NCBI GenBank assembly: GCA_048887225.1
Contig: JBHLJY010000002.1
Location: 96,001 to 160,000, forward strand
Source of the DNA: Candidatus Hodarchaeota archaeon
GTDB lineage: Archaea > Asgardarchaeota > Lokiarchaeia > Sigyniarchaeales > SOKP01
Length of the DNA stretch: 64,000 nucleotides
Direction: 5' to 3'
The notes beneath the pieces are model-generated. The model saw only the letters and a program-made list of their open reading frames with translations. It had not been told where the DNA came from and searched no databases. The translations under genes were made by a program, and so were the position numbers. Shown here piece after piece: positions 47,871-59,219 of the stretch; the first letter of the stretch is position 1, and every line of letters starts with the position of its first letter.

Positions 47871-49355
47871 TTAATAACTCTTAGCAAGATACACCGTACA
47901 TGACGCAGGCTCTCCACAAATAATACAGCTTGCAAATTCATGTTTTTCTTCATCCATGCGTTTTCCTCTTACAAACGCTCCAATTTCTTTTTCAACAAAT
48001 TCGGCACATCTATATCCCTTATTATCTATTGAGCAAAAACCACAACAAACTATTTTCCCATTTTTTATTGCTTCCATAGCTGAATCTTTTTCATAACATA
48101 TCTCTATTTGAGACTCGAAATCTAACATTTTTTTGTCTTTAATTTCTTTTGTATAATTCTTCGCAATATTTTCTATGAATGATTCAATTTCATTATTTTT
48201 TACGGTGAATTTTTGCCCATCATGTCTTTTTACTACGACTACTTGATTGTTTTCAACGTCTTTTGGTCCAACTTCAATTCTGAATGGTACACCTTTCATT
48301 TCCCAGTAATAAAATTTACTGCCAGGAGATTCATCAGAATCGTCAAATTTTACTATAAATTTATCTTTAATTGTCTCATAAACTTCTTTACATTTTTTTA
48401 AGACAATCTTCTCTTTTCCTTTAATTAATATTGGAACTATAACAATTTGCACAGGTACTAAGTCGAATGGCAAAATTAATCCTTTATCGTCCCCTAAATA
48501 AGCAATCATCGCACCATAAATTCTGCTTATGGCGGGTCCATAACAAGTTTGATACCCATATTTTTCTTTTCCATCCTTATCAACAAATTTGACTTTAAAA
48601 GGTTTTGAAAAGTTTTGACCAAGATAATGCGTAGATGGTAATTGTAATACTCTACCTGACCCCATAAGCGCATCTGCGGCATAAGTGTTCACAGCTCCGC
48701 TAAACTTATCCCATTGAGGTCGTTCAAAGAAGATGATTGGAAGTGCGAATTCATCTTGAAGTATTTGATATGACATTTCCATATCCTGATGGACTTGTTC
48801 CATTGCTCCTTCCTCGGTGGCAAAAACATCGTGAGATTCTATCCAATGGAATTCCCTCCCTCTAAAAAATGGTCTTGTCATTTTACCCTCATAACGCCAT
48901 ACTTGACACGATTGATATCTTTTAAATGGTAAATCTTTATAACTACGGATCCAAATGCTATACATGGGATATATTACCGTTTCGCTAGTTGGGCGAAGGG
49001 CTAATCTTTCAGTTAGAGGACCAGAACTTCCTGCTTCAGTAACCCAAAATACTTCTGGAGCAAACCCTTCTACATGTTCTGCTTCTAACATAAGATTGCT
49101 CTCAGGAATTAAAGAAGGCATTGTTAAGGGCAGATGACCATTCTTTTCTAATAATTCTTCGTATTTTTGATACATTTTCTTAATTGTAATAGTTGCCCAA
49201 GATCTATAACAGACAAAACCCTTGATATTATATCTAATATCTGCCAGTTCAGCTTTATTAATAACTTCTGTATACCAAGCTGAGAAATCCTCTTCTTTTG
49301 AAACTGTTATTCCAGTTATTGGAGATTCTTTCTTCTTTTTAGCCATAGTTATCAT
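47871..49355 (-). CDS. proS: Proline--tRNA ligase (archaeal/eukaryotic type)
   Basis: LRPTSET, FFRGREFHW, HYLGQNFS, GDDKGL; C-terminal AKSY. Confidence 0.97.
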   Translation of the reverse strand: MITMAKKKKESPITGITVSKEEDFSAWYTEVINKAELADIRYNIKGFVCYRSWATITIKKMYQKYEELLEKNGHLPLTMPSLIPESNLMLEAEHVEGFAPEVFWVTEAGSSGPLTERLALRPTSETVIYPMYSIWIRSYKDLPFKRYQSCQVWRYEGKMTRPFFRGREFHWIESHDVFATEEGAMEQVHQDMEMSYQILQDEFALPIIFFERPQWDKFSGAVNTYAADALMGSGRVLQLPSTHYLGQNFSKPFKVKFVDKDGKEKYGYQTCYGPAISRIYGAMIAYLGDDKGLILPFDLVPVQIVIVPILIKGKEKIVLKKCKEVYETIKDKFIVKFDDSDESPGSKFYYWEMKGVPFRIEVGPKDVENNQVVVVKRHDGQKFTVKNNEIESFIENIAKNYTKEIKDKKMLDFESQIEICYEKDSAMEAIKNGKIVCCGFCSIDNKGYRCAEFVEKEIGAFVRGKRMDEEKHEFASCIICGEPASCTVYLAKSY

Positions 49356-49442
49356 TTAAATGAATTATCCAAAAATTAAATATTTAATGAGAAGTAGAAC
49401 AATTGAATCGACTTCTAATTAATAATGATATCATTATCCTTA

Positions 49443-50207
49443 TTAATTATCTGGTAATAGATGGGCATTTGTAAGTACATAGGTATCTAGAATTTTCACT
49501 TCATACCCCTTTGATTCTAAATATTTTTTTAATTCTTCTCCAATTTTCTTCAATTTTTGCAAGTCAGCTGACTCGACAGAATAGCTTATTACCGATTTAG
49601 CTGATTTTAATAAATTTATTTCGTCAGAGCTACTTGCTATGTTAATACTAACTTTGTCGGCACCAGTAACCTTTGCTATTTTTTTAATCTCTTCTTCTAA
49701 TGAGCCAAATGTAAAGAATTCTCTACTCTTTTTATCAAATTTTTCTGATATTATCCTTTCTAAATTTTCCCTTGTCTGCTTATCGTAAAAAGAAGTTAAT
49801 TCAAGTTTACAGATGTCTCTATATTTTCCTTCTATTAAATAGTTTTTATGTTCAATAAATTTTATTATTGTTTCATAATATTCTTGTGAAATTTTTTGAA
49901 AATTTTCAACATTTCTAATAAAATCAGTTAAATAATCAATTAAATCGAAATAAAATTTTAACACAGATTTAATGTTTAATTTTTCATTCATATCCTTTAT
50001 TTCTGGATAATATTGTTTAAGTATAAGATTTATATTTTTATTAAAATCAGCACAAACTTTTGCGATATTATCTACAACCGCAATGGATCTCTTATTTAGC
50101 AATTCAAGCAAATAACCTTCCCATTGAGGTAATTCTTCTTTAAATATCTCGTTAATCTTATTAAGGTATTTTTTCTCAATATAAGACATATGTAAAAAAA
50201 ATAACAT
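49443..50207 (-). CDS. Hypothetical helical protein
   Basis: Long ORF, no recognised motif. Confidence 0.65.
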   Translation of the reverse strand: MLFFLHMSYIEKKYLNKINEIFKEELPQWEGYLLELLNKRSIAVVDNIAKVCADFNKNINLILKQYYPEIKDMNEKLNIKSVLKFYFDLIDYLTDFIRNVENFQKISQEYYETIIKFIEHKNYLIEGKYRDICKLELTSFYDKQTRENLERIISEKFDKKSREFFTFGSLEEEIKKIAKVTGADKVSINIASSSDEINLLKSAKSVISYSVESADLQKLKKIGEELKKYLESKGYEVKILDTYVLTNAHLLPDN

Positions 50208-50287
50208 TATTTATTTATAACATTATTTAATAAAGAAATAAGAAGAATGCATAATGAAAACAAACTACTATTAAAAGGGAGAAGTAT

Positions 50288-50698
50288 ATGAAAATAAACC
50301 TGCATCACGCTCATTTATTTGCCTCAGATATTAATGAAAGCATCCAATTTTATCACGACATGTTCGGAGCAGAGGTTCTATTCGATCTAGAAATGGCAGG
50401 GGCCCGAAATGTGATGATTGCCATTGGATCCTCAAAAATAAACTTCTACGATCAGCCGCCAAAAGACCAAGGGAGGGGTATTGTTCATCATTTAGGGATC
50501 GAAACAGACGACTTGGAAGCTCTCGTAGAACATATGAAGCGCAAGGGCTTTGAGTTTAAAAGATCGATCAAAAATTTTGGGGTATGGAAATATGTCATGG
50601 TGGAGGCTCCAGATCACATACTTCTGGAAGTTTTTGAGGTTGTAAAGAAAAAAATATCCAAGGATCAATACAAAACAATCTCGTCGTTAAATCCCTAG
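50288..50698 (+). CDS. VOC/glyoxalase family protein
   Basis: LHHAHL, HHLGI, PDHILLEVFE. Confidence 0.9.
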   Translation: MKINLHHAHLFASDINESIQFYHDMFGAEVLFDLEMAGARNVMIAIGSSKINFYDQPPKDQGRGIVHHLGIETDDLEALVEHMKRKGFEFKRSIKNFGVWKYVMVEAPDHILLEVFEVVKKKISKDQYKTISSLNP

Positions 50699-50841
50699 AT
50701 CTAAATATTTAATGTGCCCTTTTATACTCCATGATGTTTTATCAGAGTTTATTTCTTAATAAATTTAAAGATTTATTTTAAAAAAAATGAAAAAAAAATA
50801 AAAAAAGCAAACAAAAAGTAGTTCCAAAAAAAAATCGAATT

Positions 50842-51753
50842 TTACAGCTTATTTTTGATTTGTTTTGAACGAGATCTCAAGGTAACTTCAGTCACCTTTG
50901 CAATTTCCGAAACCTCAGCTTGAGTCTTTCTGCAGTTGCTTGCTTTCGCTGCCATATAAATTACAGAAGCAGCTAATCCTTTAGGGTCCTTTCCGGTTCT
51001 TAAAAGACCATTCTTCGAGGCTTGAACTAACATGTTAATCGCTTTCTTTTGCGTCTCCATTGGCAACCCTAAGTCGTTTCCAAAACGAAAGACTAATTGT
51101 TCTGCGGTAATTGGTTTGTATTTCAAATTGAGCTCTGGAAGCACTTCTTTCACAACCATCCCTAAAGAGCGATGTACAGTTCTTCTAGGAGTCATAGAAG
51201 CTTCGCATACTTCCTCAAGTAATCTTGGAAACTCATGTACTCTTATTGCAGCGTACAGAGAAGCGCTAATGAATCCGTCAATTGATCTACCCATCGTGAG
51301 TTTTTTCCTCGCTACAACGGAATAAATCTTCCAGGCAGTCTCTTTGATATATTCAGGTGTATTAAGCTTGCTAGTAAGCATTTTTAACTTAGGTTTTGCC
51401 TCCCAGAAATTCCTTTCAATTGAAGAAATTAAAGAATTTTGAATTTTTGATAATCTAGAAAATAGCGTCTTGCCTTTAGCACCGATTAAACGCCCTTTGC
51501 TGTCAATCTTACTATTAGGTAACATTGTACGAGGTCCGAATTCTCTCCATCGAGGTTCAGTACGTCTTCGTTTGTTTACCTCTTCTACTGTATAAGCTCT
51601 TCTTTCATTTCCAACGAGGTTTCTCCCGATAACCATTCCACAATTTAAACAAATGTTGTCCCCATCTTTAGCCTCGATACTAGGAGTGTTACAGCATTGC
51701 TCTACATCCTGTATTTCTTTTTTGGAACTTTTTAATCGATCTTTATAACTCAT
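50842..51753 (-). CDS. tfb: Transcription initiation factor IIB family
   Basis: Zn ribbon CC...CLNCG; two cyclin folds (GRSID..ASLY; GKDPKGLAAS..TQAEVS..VTEVTLR). Confidence 0.92.
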   Translation of the reverse strand: MSYKDRLKSSKKEIQDVEQCCNTPSIEAKDGDNICLNCGMVIGRNLVGNERRAYTVEEVNKRRRTEPRWREFGPRTMLPNSKIDSKGRLIGAKGKTLFSRLSKIQNSLISSIERNFWEAKPKLKMLTSKLNTPEYIKETAWKIYSVVARKKLTMGRSIDGFISASLYAAIRVHEFPRLLEEVCEASMTPRRTVHRSLGMVVKEVLPELNLKYKPITAEQLVFRFGNDLGLPMETQKKAINMLVQASKNGLLRTGKDPKGLAASVIYMAAKASNCRKTQAEVSEIAKVTEVTLRSRSKQIKNKL

Positions 51754-52036
51754 AGTTTTTCACTTTCCCGATATTTGACATTGATCAAATTATACTTTTT
51801 AATCAACGGTTTTTTATTTTCGATAGTATTTTTTTCTATCTCAGTAATTATTTTTTTTCTTTTTTAATATTCTTTATTTTTATTATTATTTAAATATGTT
51901 GTTCTTTTTTGGTCTTTTTAGTGAGCAACAGACATGTTTTTCCCATTGTTTTCCCACATTATTTCATCATTTGTGAATAATTGCTGTTCTCATGATTACC
52001 AAAAAAATCTAAATTAATATATTTGTTTGTTATTAG

Positions 52037-53782
52037 TTATAAAAAATCAAATTTTTTGGTTTCAAATCCCCTATTTTTAAGAATTTTTTTAGCATTAGTT
52101 ATTATATTATCAATAAATTCATTGACTGAGATTGATTTTTTTATATGACCTGAAGCCATACTCCCTACGGTAATGTCTCTATAATTAAAATCAAAGATTT
52201 TCTTATGATAATCCTCGTCAAATATATTTTGCGTTATAATCTTGTTTTTATAGTCTTCTGGAGCTGGACATTCTTTTGTAGTCAATATTGCGGTGCCAAA
52301 GCATACTGCTTCTGCCCCCATTGCTAAAGCCCCGAGAAATCCTCTAGCATCACCAATTCCGCCAGCGGCAATGATTGGGACTTGAAGTATATCTCGTGCC
52401 ATTGTAATGTTAATTAGAGTTGTATTTTGATAAGGATTTTTAGCTCCAGCACCTTCAATTCCCACCAATGTTATAGCATCTGCTCCATATTTTTCTGCAG
52501 ACACCGCATGTTTTACAAGTGCACATTTGTGAAACCAATAACATCCTGCTTCATAGAGTTTCTTCCCAATTTTATTCGCTTGATACGCTGAAGTGGTACA
52601 AACTTTAATCCCCTCCTCAATAGCAATATCAACGTAATCTAAGTACGAATCTTCAGTTCTTAATCTCGGATTGCTTTTTGCCATTTCCGAAGATACAACA
52701 GAAAAATTAACACCAAATGGATGTTTTGTTAGTTTTTTTGTTAATTCAATTGCTTCTCGGAATTTTTCTTTAGTATTGTAAATTGATGCAGTAATAATTC
52801 CAAATCCCCCCGCATTTGAAAAGGCAGCAGCAAACGTGGCAGTTCCAAATCCCGCAAAAGCTCCCATAATAATTGGATATTTTGATCCCGTCATTTGAAT
52901 TATTCTATTTTCCTTATTTATTACTCCTCTTTCTATTATTTGCTCTGATTTATTTATAATATTCCCTATAAATTCTTTTAAGGATAAGATTTTTTTACAG
53001 TGTCCAATCGCCATTGAGCCAATGGGAGAATCTTTTAATTGTAGATGGAATATTTTCTTGTAATATATTTCGTCAAAGATATCTTGATTTATTATGTTTT
53101 TTTTCCATCTATTTGAAGCAGGGCTCTCAGTTGTAGCTATTATTGCGCTGCCAAAACATACAGCGTCAGCACCCATAGTAAGAGCTGCAAGAAACCCTCT
53201 TGCGTCGCCAATCCCCCCTGCTGCAATTATTGGAATTTCTAACAATTTTTTCCCCATTGTTATGTTAATCAACGTTGTATTTTGATTAGGGTTTTTGAAT
53301 CCAGTTCCTTCAAGACCTACTAGCGTTATTGCATCAGCTCCTGATTTTTCTGCTGCTAACGCATGTTTCAATGTAGTACATTTGTGGAAACGATAACATC
53401 CTGCATTTTTTATTTTTTTTCCAAGTTTAGGAGCGCGATATGCTGATGTTGTAAACACTTTAACTCCCGCATCAATTGCGATGTCTAAAAAATCCATGTA
53501 AAGTTCTTCGGTCCAACTTCTCCCCCCTCTTCTTAGATAAGGAGGCGTTATTGTAAAATTTACACCAAATGGTTTATCAGTCAATATTTTCATTTTTTCA
53601 AGTTCTTTTCGAAACTCATCAGCATTATTAAAATTCAGAGCAGTAATAATTCCTAGCCCTCCTGCATCTGAAAAGGCCGATGCAAATTCCGCTCTTCCTA
53701 AAAAAGCAAAAGCACCCATGATTATAGGATACTTAGTTTCAGTCATCTCAGTTATATTAGTTTTCCATATCAATGTTCTCAC
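52037..53782 (-). CDS. Tandem double nitronate monooxygenase/FabK-like flavoenzyme
   Basis: KYPIIMGAF...PFGVNF...HKC...PIIAAGGIGDARGF occurs twice in one ORF. Confidence 0.9.
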   Translation of the reverse strand: MRTLIWKTNITEMTETKYPIIMGAFAFLGRAEFASAFSDAGGLGIITALNFNNADEFRKELEKMKILTDKPFGVNFTITPPYLRRGGRSWTEELYMDFLDIAIDAGVKVFTTSAYRAPKLGKKIKNAGCYRFHKCTTLKHALAAEKSGADAITLVGLEGTGFKNPNQNTTLINITMGKKLLEIPIIAAGGIGDARGFLAALTMGADAVCFGSAIIATTESPASNRWKKNIINQDIFDEIYYKKIFHLQLKDSPIGSMAIGHCKKILSLKEFIGNIINKSEQIIERGVINKENRIIQMTGSKYPIIMGAFAGFGTATFAAAFSNAGGFGIITASIYNTKEKFREAIELTKKLTKHPFGVNFSVVSSEMAKSNPRLRTEDSYLDYVDIAIEEGIKVCTTSAYQANKIGKKLYEAGCYWFHKCALVKHAVSAEKYGADAITLVGIEGAGAKNPYQNTTLINITMARDILQVPIIAAGGIGDARGFLGALAMGAEAVCFGTAILTTKECPAPEDYKNKIITQNIFDEDYHKKIFDFNYRDITVGSMASGHIKKSISVNEFIDNIITNAKKILKNRGFETKKFDFL

Positions 53783-53882
53783 ATGTTTTTTAGAAAAAGT
53801 AATAATTAAAATATTAAATTCATAAAAATTTTTATTAAAGAAAAGAGATGTATAAAATAAAAAAGAATCCCAAGATTATTAT

Positions 53883-54632
53883 ATGGTTGACATAGTCTTT
53901 GTCGGGATGGTTTTTGAGACTATCATTATAGTAATTGCGTTAATTTTATTGAGTTTAATTTTAAAGAAATATACAGAATTGAAGAATCGACCGACATTAT
54001 ATCTATTTCTGATTTTTTTAAATATATCTATTGCAATTATTTTTTCATGGCTTTCGAAGATTATTGTCCTGACTACAGATATTAAATATATATATAATGA
54101 CCCAAATGCTAGATATCCAAATACGCCAATTTATTGGATTCTTCTGAGAATAGTAGATTTTAGAATTGCTCTTGATTTTTTAGCATTAGCTATAATTTTT
54201 TCATATATTTTTAAAGTAAAGGTTTTTGAGGAAGGCTACAATAAAGTTCATAAATTAATTTTTTTTGGGTATGCTGGCTTTACTATTTTCTTTTCAACAT
54301 TTATCTACGAACGAGGTAATACATCTTTGGATGCTTTTAATTTTTTTTTTATGTTCATGCTTGTTGCTATTATATACATACCTTTTACAATAAAAGCTAT
54401 TATGAGTTATAAGAATTCTATTGATCCATTTATTAAAAACAAAATCTTATTTTTAGTATTAATGTCCTTAAGCTTCATAACTGTTGTATTGAATTTTTTA
54501 ATCGATCGAATTTTGGTATTAATGGGAAGCCCACATTTTACGATCTTTTATTTTATGGCATGGATTTGTTTAATTATAGGAATTATTTTTGCTTACATTG
54601 GATATATTAAACCTAAAAGTAGCGAAGTATAA
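53883..54632 (+). CDS. 7-TM hypothetical membrane protein
   Basis: Seven hydrophobic segments. Confidence 0.75.
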   Translation: MVDIVFVGMVFETIIIVIALILLSLILKKYTELKNRPTLYLFLIFLNISIAIIFSWLSKIIVLTTDIKYIYNDPNARYPNTPIYWILLRIVDFRIALDFLALAIIFSYIFKVKVFEEGYNKVHKLIFFGYAGFTIFFSTFIYERGNTSLDAFNFFFMFMLVAIIYIPFTIKAIMSYKNSIDPFIKNKILFLVLMSLSFITVVLNFLIDRILVLMGSPHFTIFYFMAWICLIIGIIFAYIGYIKPKSSEV

Positions 54633-54673
54633 ATCCTGTAATTATTCAATTTTATCTTGGTCAAAACATAATA

Positions 54674-54862
54674 TTATTTTTCTTTAATTAGTTTTATAGT
54701 AGCAACAAATATCCCTATCAACAATGGTAAAGGGGCAAGTAAACCTAATATAATATATGATCCATCATTTTGGGCATATGCTACGTTAAGTGCCTGTAAA
54801 AAAACTAACATATAAATAGCTAGCATTACTATGATCGGGATAAATTTCACTCTATTTTTCAT
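54674..54862 (-). CDS. Small 2-TM protein
   Basis: Directly downstream of the 280-aa gene on the same strand. Confidence 0.55.
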   Translation of the reverse strand: MKNRVKFIPIIVMLAIYMLVFLQALNVAYAQNDGSYIILGLLAPLPLLIGIFVATIKLIKEK

Positions 54863-54877
54863 TTTTCATCATCTCAT

Positions 54878-55720
54878 TTAAATTGAGCCAATAGGTATAA
54901 GATCTACTCCAACAAAAAAAGGTGATATAATTAAATATACTAAAAATATTAAAAAAAAACAAATAAATAAAAAAATGGGGATATACCCATAAAATATTAT
55001 TGCGGATTTATTTTTTCCTCGATTCTTGATTTTTTTTTCATTTAAGACAAAGTAATAAATAACTGCGAATAGAAATATTACGAAAAACCAGCCAAGAAAA
55101 TTGTAAAATGGAATTGAAAAAATTGAAAATGTTTCATTTGGTTCCATTAACCAAACCCAAGATCCCTTTGAATCAGGATATCTTGAGATTGAACCCAAAT
55201 TTACCATTACGGGATCCATAAAAAGATCTAAGGAAACTGCTAAAATTCCAGCAATTAAAGCATGGAAAACATAATTACGATTTGGAAATATTATTTCTGC
55301 TATATAAACACACGACCATGCAATAACAAACCAAGCTAAACAAGTAGCGAATGGAATTTCTAAAAACCATAAACCTCCTCTAGTAAAGAAATAAGTTTGA
55401 AATGGAATAATCTTGAACCGCCCTCCCAATATCCAAAAACATTCTTCTAATCCTGTAAAAACTATAGAACCGTACAAGAAACAAGTAGTTCTATATTTTC
55501 CATGCCTTTTATAACCGTGATATATGATTAATATAGCTATAAATGAAATAGAAACATCAATTAAAATTAAATCGATCCAAAAGGGTTCATAAGTGTATGG
55601 TCCTCGGACATTTGGAACTTGTAACACCTGTGGAAAAAGATGGTGTAATATTGTTGAAATTATAATTACTGGAGCCAATACAATTGAATTAATTATAATG
55701 AATTTATTGTCGTATTCCAT
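54878..55720 (-). CDS. CruF/DUF422-like (carotenoid biosynthesis family) membrane protein
   Basis: EE..., IP...LAW, DLFMDP, W.W and IP.YNFLGWF motifs. Confidence 0.75.
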   Translation of the reverse strand: MEYDNKFIIINSIVLAPVIIISTILHHLFPQVLQVPNVRGPYTYEPFWIDLILIDVSISFIAILIIYHGYKRHGKYRTTCFLYGSIVFTGLEECFWILGGRFKIIPFQTYFFTRGGLWFLEIPFATCLAWFVIAWSCVYIAEIIFPNRNYVFHALIAGILAVSLDLFMDPVMVNLGSISRYPDSKGSWVWLMEPNETFSIFSIPFYNFLGWFFVIFLFAVIYYFVLNEKKIKNRGKNKSAIIFYGYIPIFLFICFFLIFLVYLIISPFFVGVDLIPIGSI

Positions 55721-55919
55721 AATACGGGCTCTAGATTTTCGATATTTTTATATAAAAAAGCTGTAGGAATATTTTTAGATGAAATAAATTGAATTTAATT
55801 TTATTTAAATTTTCATAACAAGCGAAAGATAAATATTTTCAAATCGTAAAGAATTTAAGAAAAATAAGATATTTAAAAATTGAACAAATCTTATTAAAAG
55901 AAAATATTCGTTTAAGTAA

Positions 55920-56228
55920 ATGAATGACTCAGAGTTTAATGAAGAAATTGAAAAGTTAGGCAGAAAAAAAATAAATTTGTTTTCTTCAGAAGCATTAGAA
56001 AATTCTATTAAAAATTTGACAAATCCTCGTTTTTTAGGATCTATTCATATGAAAAATTTACGCCCAAACACTAATTTTAGCTCAATAGAGAATTTATTAA
56101 AAGGAGAACTTGAATTAAAAATTAACAAATCCTTAAAAAACACAATTTTCAACCCTATAGCAAAGATCTTAATCATTTTAATGATAACTTTTAATATTAT
56201 ATGGATTACTATTTTCTTTCTACTATAG
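55920..56228 (+). CDS. Hypothetical tail-anchored protein
   Basis: Single C-terminal TM helix. Confidence 0.6.
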   Translation: MNDSEFNEEIEKLGRKKINLFSSEALENSIKNLTNPRFLGSIHMKNLRPNTNFSSIENLLKGELELKINKSLKNTIFNPIAKILIILMITFNIIWITIFFLL

Positions 56229-56429
56229 CTTCAAAAGAGAGATGAATAAATCCAAAATTTTTTTTTTAAAAAAGCTATAGAATTATTTAGCAGAAACTAA
56301 CTTTATCAATTAGAAAATATATTCTATTAAATTAAATTTTAAAAAGATCTAACTTATTTATATTTAAATTAATAGCTTTTATATAATTTGATTTTCGAAA
56401 ATAAATCTCGTTAACAAGGTAGCCTACAA

Positions 56430-57899
56430 TTGAAATACGATGTTGTTATTATCGGTGGTGGAGTCATTGGATGCTGCATTGCTCGTACTCTTTCAAAATA
56501 TGATTTAAAAATAGCTTTATTAGAAAAAGAAGCCGATATTGCTTCTGGAACCACTAAAGCCAATTCAGGCGTTATTCACGCAGGGTATGCTTCTGAAAGA
56601 CAATATATTAAGCGTCATTTATGCATTAGAGGGAATAGGTTATATACCCAAGCTCAAGAAGAGTTAAATTTTCCTTTCCAACGAATCGGTTCATTTGTAG
56701 TTGGGCTAGAAGATGATCAAATTAAAGATCTAGAAGAATTGAAAAAAAAAGGAATGGAAGATGGAATTCATGATCTAGATGTAATCCTCGATAAAAAGAA
56801 AATTTTGCAAATGGAACCTAATATAACGGATGATGTAGTTGGTGTCTTACACGCGCCTTCAGCTGGACTCGCAAGTCCTTATGAATTAACATTTGCGTTA
56901 GCAGAAAATGCTGCAATGAATGGAGTAAAATTTTTCCGCAATCATGAAGTTATTAAGATTAAACATCAAGATTATACTTTCAGCGTAAGGACAATAGGAA
57001 GAGAGGAGTTTAAGGCGAATAATCTTATTAATGCATCTGGCCTTTATGCAGCGCATATTTCTAGGATGCTAGGATTAGATTATTTCGAGATAATGCCAAG
57101 AAAAGGTGAATATATTCTATTTGATCGCAACGCAATTCATCTGAATAAAATAGTATTTCCAATTCCAACTAAGGTATCGAAAGGAATATTGGTCTGTCCA
57201 ACTCTACATGGAAATACGTTTGTTGGACCTAACGCTCAAAATATTACTGATTTAGAAGATATTTCAACCACAGAAGCGGGTTTAAAGGAAATTTTAGAGG
57301 GAGGAAGAAAATTAGTACCTAACTTGCCAGCAAGGAGTTCCATTAGAAGCTTCGCAGGTCTTAGAGCAGTACCTAATACGTACGATTTTATAATTGATAA
57401 TACAGATGTGTATGGTTTTATAAATGTTGCGGGTATATTATCCCCTGGTTTAACAGCGAGTTTCGCGATAGCAGAAAAAGTTGAAGAATTTCTTGAATTG
57501 TTAGGTGTTGTTATGAAACTTAAAGACGATTACAATCCAAATAGACCTAAACCTGAACGATTTAAAGATTTTACTAAAGAGGAATTAGATAAAAAGATAC
57601 CAGAAGATTCTACGTGGGGAAGAATAATTTGTCGTTGCGAAACTATTCCTGAAAGAGAAATTCTGAACGCAATTCATGCGCCAGTAGGGGCGACCACTGT
57701 TGATGGAATAAAGTTCCGATGCCGCCCGGGGATGGGTCGTTGCCAAGGAGGATTCTGTCGTCCTCGAGTAATTGGAATATTATCGAGAGAACTAAATCTT
57801 CCGTATGAACAAATAACAAAAAAGGGTGAAGACACACAATTCTTAATAGGACACACAAAAGATTTTATTTTAGAAGAGATAGAACGGGAAAAAGAATAA
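56430..57899 (+). CDS. FAD-dependent oxidoreductase with C-terminal BFD-like [2Fe-2S] (GlpA/LhgO-like glycerol-3-phosphate dehydrogenase)
   Basis: GGGVIG, TTKANSGVIHAG, SPGLTAS; CRCE...GMGRCQGGFC. Confidence 0.88.
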   Translation: MKYDVVIIGGGVIGCCIARTLSKYDLKIALLEKEADIASGTTKANSGVIHAGYASERQYIKRHLCIRGNRLYTQAQEELNFPFQRIGSFVVGLEDDQIKDLEELKKKGMEDGIHDLDVILDKKKILQMEPNITDDVVGVLHAPSAGLASPYELTFALAENAAMNGVKFFRNHEVIKIKHQDYTFSVRTIGREEFKANNLINASGLYAAHISRMLGLDYFEIMPRKGEYILFDRNAIHLNKIVFPIPTKVSKGILVCPTLHGNTFVGPNAQNITDLEDISTTEAGLKEILEGGRKLVPNLPARSSIRSFAGLRAVPNTYDFIIDNTDVYGFINVAGILSPGLTASFAIAEKVEEFLELLGVVMKLKDDYNPNRPKPERFKDFTKEELDKKIPEDSTWGRIICRCETIPEREILNAIHAPVGATTVDGIKFRCRPGMGRCQGGFCRPRVIGILSRELNLPYEQITKKGEDTQFLIGHTKDFILEEIEREKE

Positions 57900-59194
57900 T
57901 GAAAAAATATAATATTGATGTCGCTGTAATTGGAGCAGGTGCAGCGGGTTTGGCGGCTGCTATTGAAGTAAAAAAGGCTGGATTAGACGTTTTAATTTTA
58001 GAAAGAGATAAAGAATTAGGAGGTATCACATTACAATGCATTCATAATGGTTTTGGGCTACACGAATTTGGAGAAGAATTGACTGGTCCGGAATATGTGC
58101 AGAGATTTATTAATGAAGTAAAACAATTAGATATACAGTATAAACTGGATACTATGGTAATTGAGTTTACGCAAGATAAAAATGTTTATGCTGTAAATAA
58201 AGAAGAGGGTCTAATAGAAATAAAAGCAAAAGCAATAATCTTAGCTATGGGTTGTCGTGAAAGAACAAGAGGGGCAATCAATATACCTGGATTTAGACCA
58301 GCTGGAATTTATACAGCCGGACAAGCTCAAAGATTCGTAAATATGGAAGGTTATTTGCCCGGTCGTTCTTTCGTTATTTTAGGAAGCGGAGATATTGGTA
58401 TGATTATGGCAAGAAGATTGACATGGGAAGGATGCCAAGTAAAAGCAGTTGTTGAGATAAATCCTTATGTAAGCGGTTTGATCAGGAATCAAGTGCAATG
58501 CCTAGAAGATTACGACATCCCACTCATATTAGGTTATACAGTAACTAAAATTCATGGTGATGAACGCGTTCAGGGAGTAACCATTTCGAAAGTTGATCGA
58601 AATTTTGATAGAATTATTGGTACAGACAGATTTATTGAGTGTGATACTTTATTGTTATCAGTTGGTTTAATCCCAGAAAATGAATTGACACTACAAGCGG
58701 GAGCAGAGATATCTGCCATGGGAGGCCCAATTGTTGATAATAATTTAGAAACAACAATAGAAGGGGTTTTTGCCTGTGGCAATGTATTACAAGTTCATGA
58801 TCTAGTCGATTTAGTTACTGCTGAAGCAAAAAGAGCAGGATTAAATGCAGTTGAGTATATTAAGGAAAAACATGGAAAAGATATTAAAAGAGAAGATCAA
58901 ATTAATTGTATCGCTGGAGAAAACGTCGCTTACGTTAAACCAGACATAATTAATAGAGAAGACTTATCCAATGACATCATATTCTCGTTTAGAGTGAAGT
59001 ATCCAGATAGAAGAATTCTGATTCAAATTAAAGATCTGGATAGTAATCACATTCTCTATAATAAAAAGAAAGTGTACGTCATACCTAGCGAAATGATTGA
59101 ATTAAACATAAACTTTGAAAATATAAGTCCTAATTGCAAACAGATAGAAATTGAAGTTATACCTCGCCCAGAGGTTTTAATCGAAGAAGATTAG
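57899..59194 (+). CDS. NAD(P)/FAD-dependent oxidoreductase (partner subunit)
   Basis: GAGAAG, LQCIHNGFG, MGCRERTRG, GSGDIG, GNVLQVHDLVD. Confidence 0.88.
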   Translation: MKKYNIDVAVIGAGAAGLAAAIEVKKAGLDVLILERDKELGGITLQCIHNGFGLHEFGEELTGPEYVQRFINEVKQLDIQYKLDTMVIEFTQDKNVYAVNKEEGLIEIKAKAIILAMGCRERTRGAINIPGFRPAGIYTAGQAQRFVNMEGYLPGRSFVILGSGDIGMIMARRLTWEGCQVKAVVEINPYVSGLIRNQVQCLEDYDIPLILGYTVTKIHGDERVQGVTISKVDRNFDRIIGTDRFIECDTLLLSVGLIPENELTLQAGAEISAMGGPIVDNNLETTIEGVFACGNVLQVHDLVDLVTAEAKRAGLNAVEYIKEKHGKDIKREDQINCIAGENVAYVKPDIINREDLSNDIIFSFRVKYPDRRILIQIKDLDSNHILYNKKKVYVIPSEMIELNINFENISPNCKQIEIEVIPRPEVLIEED

Positions 59195-59219
59195 AGATTA
59201 TATTTTGGTGATATAAAAA

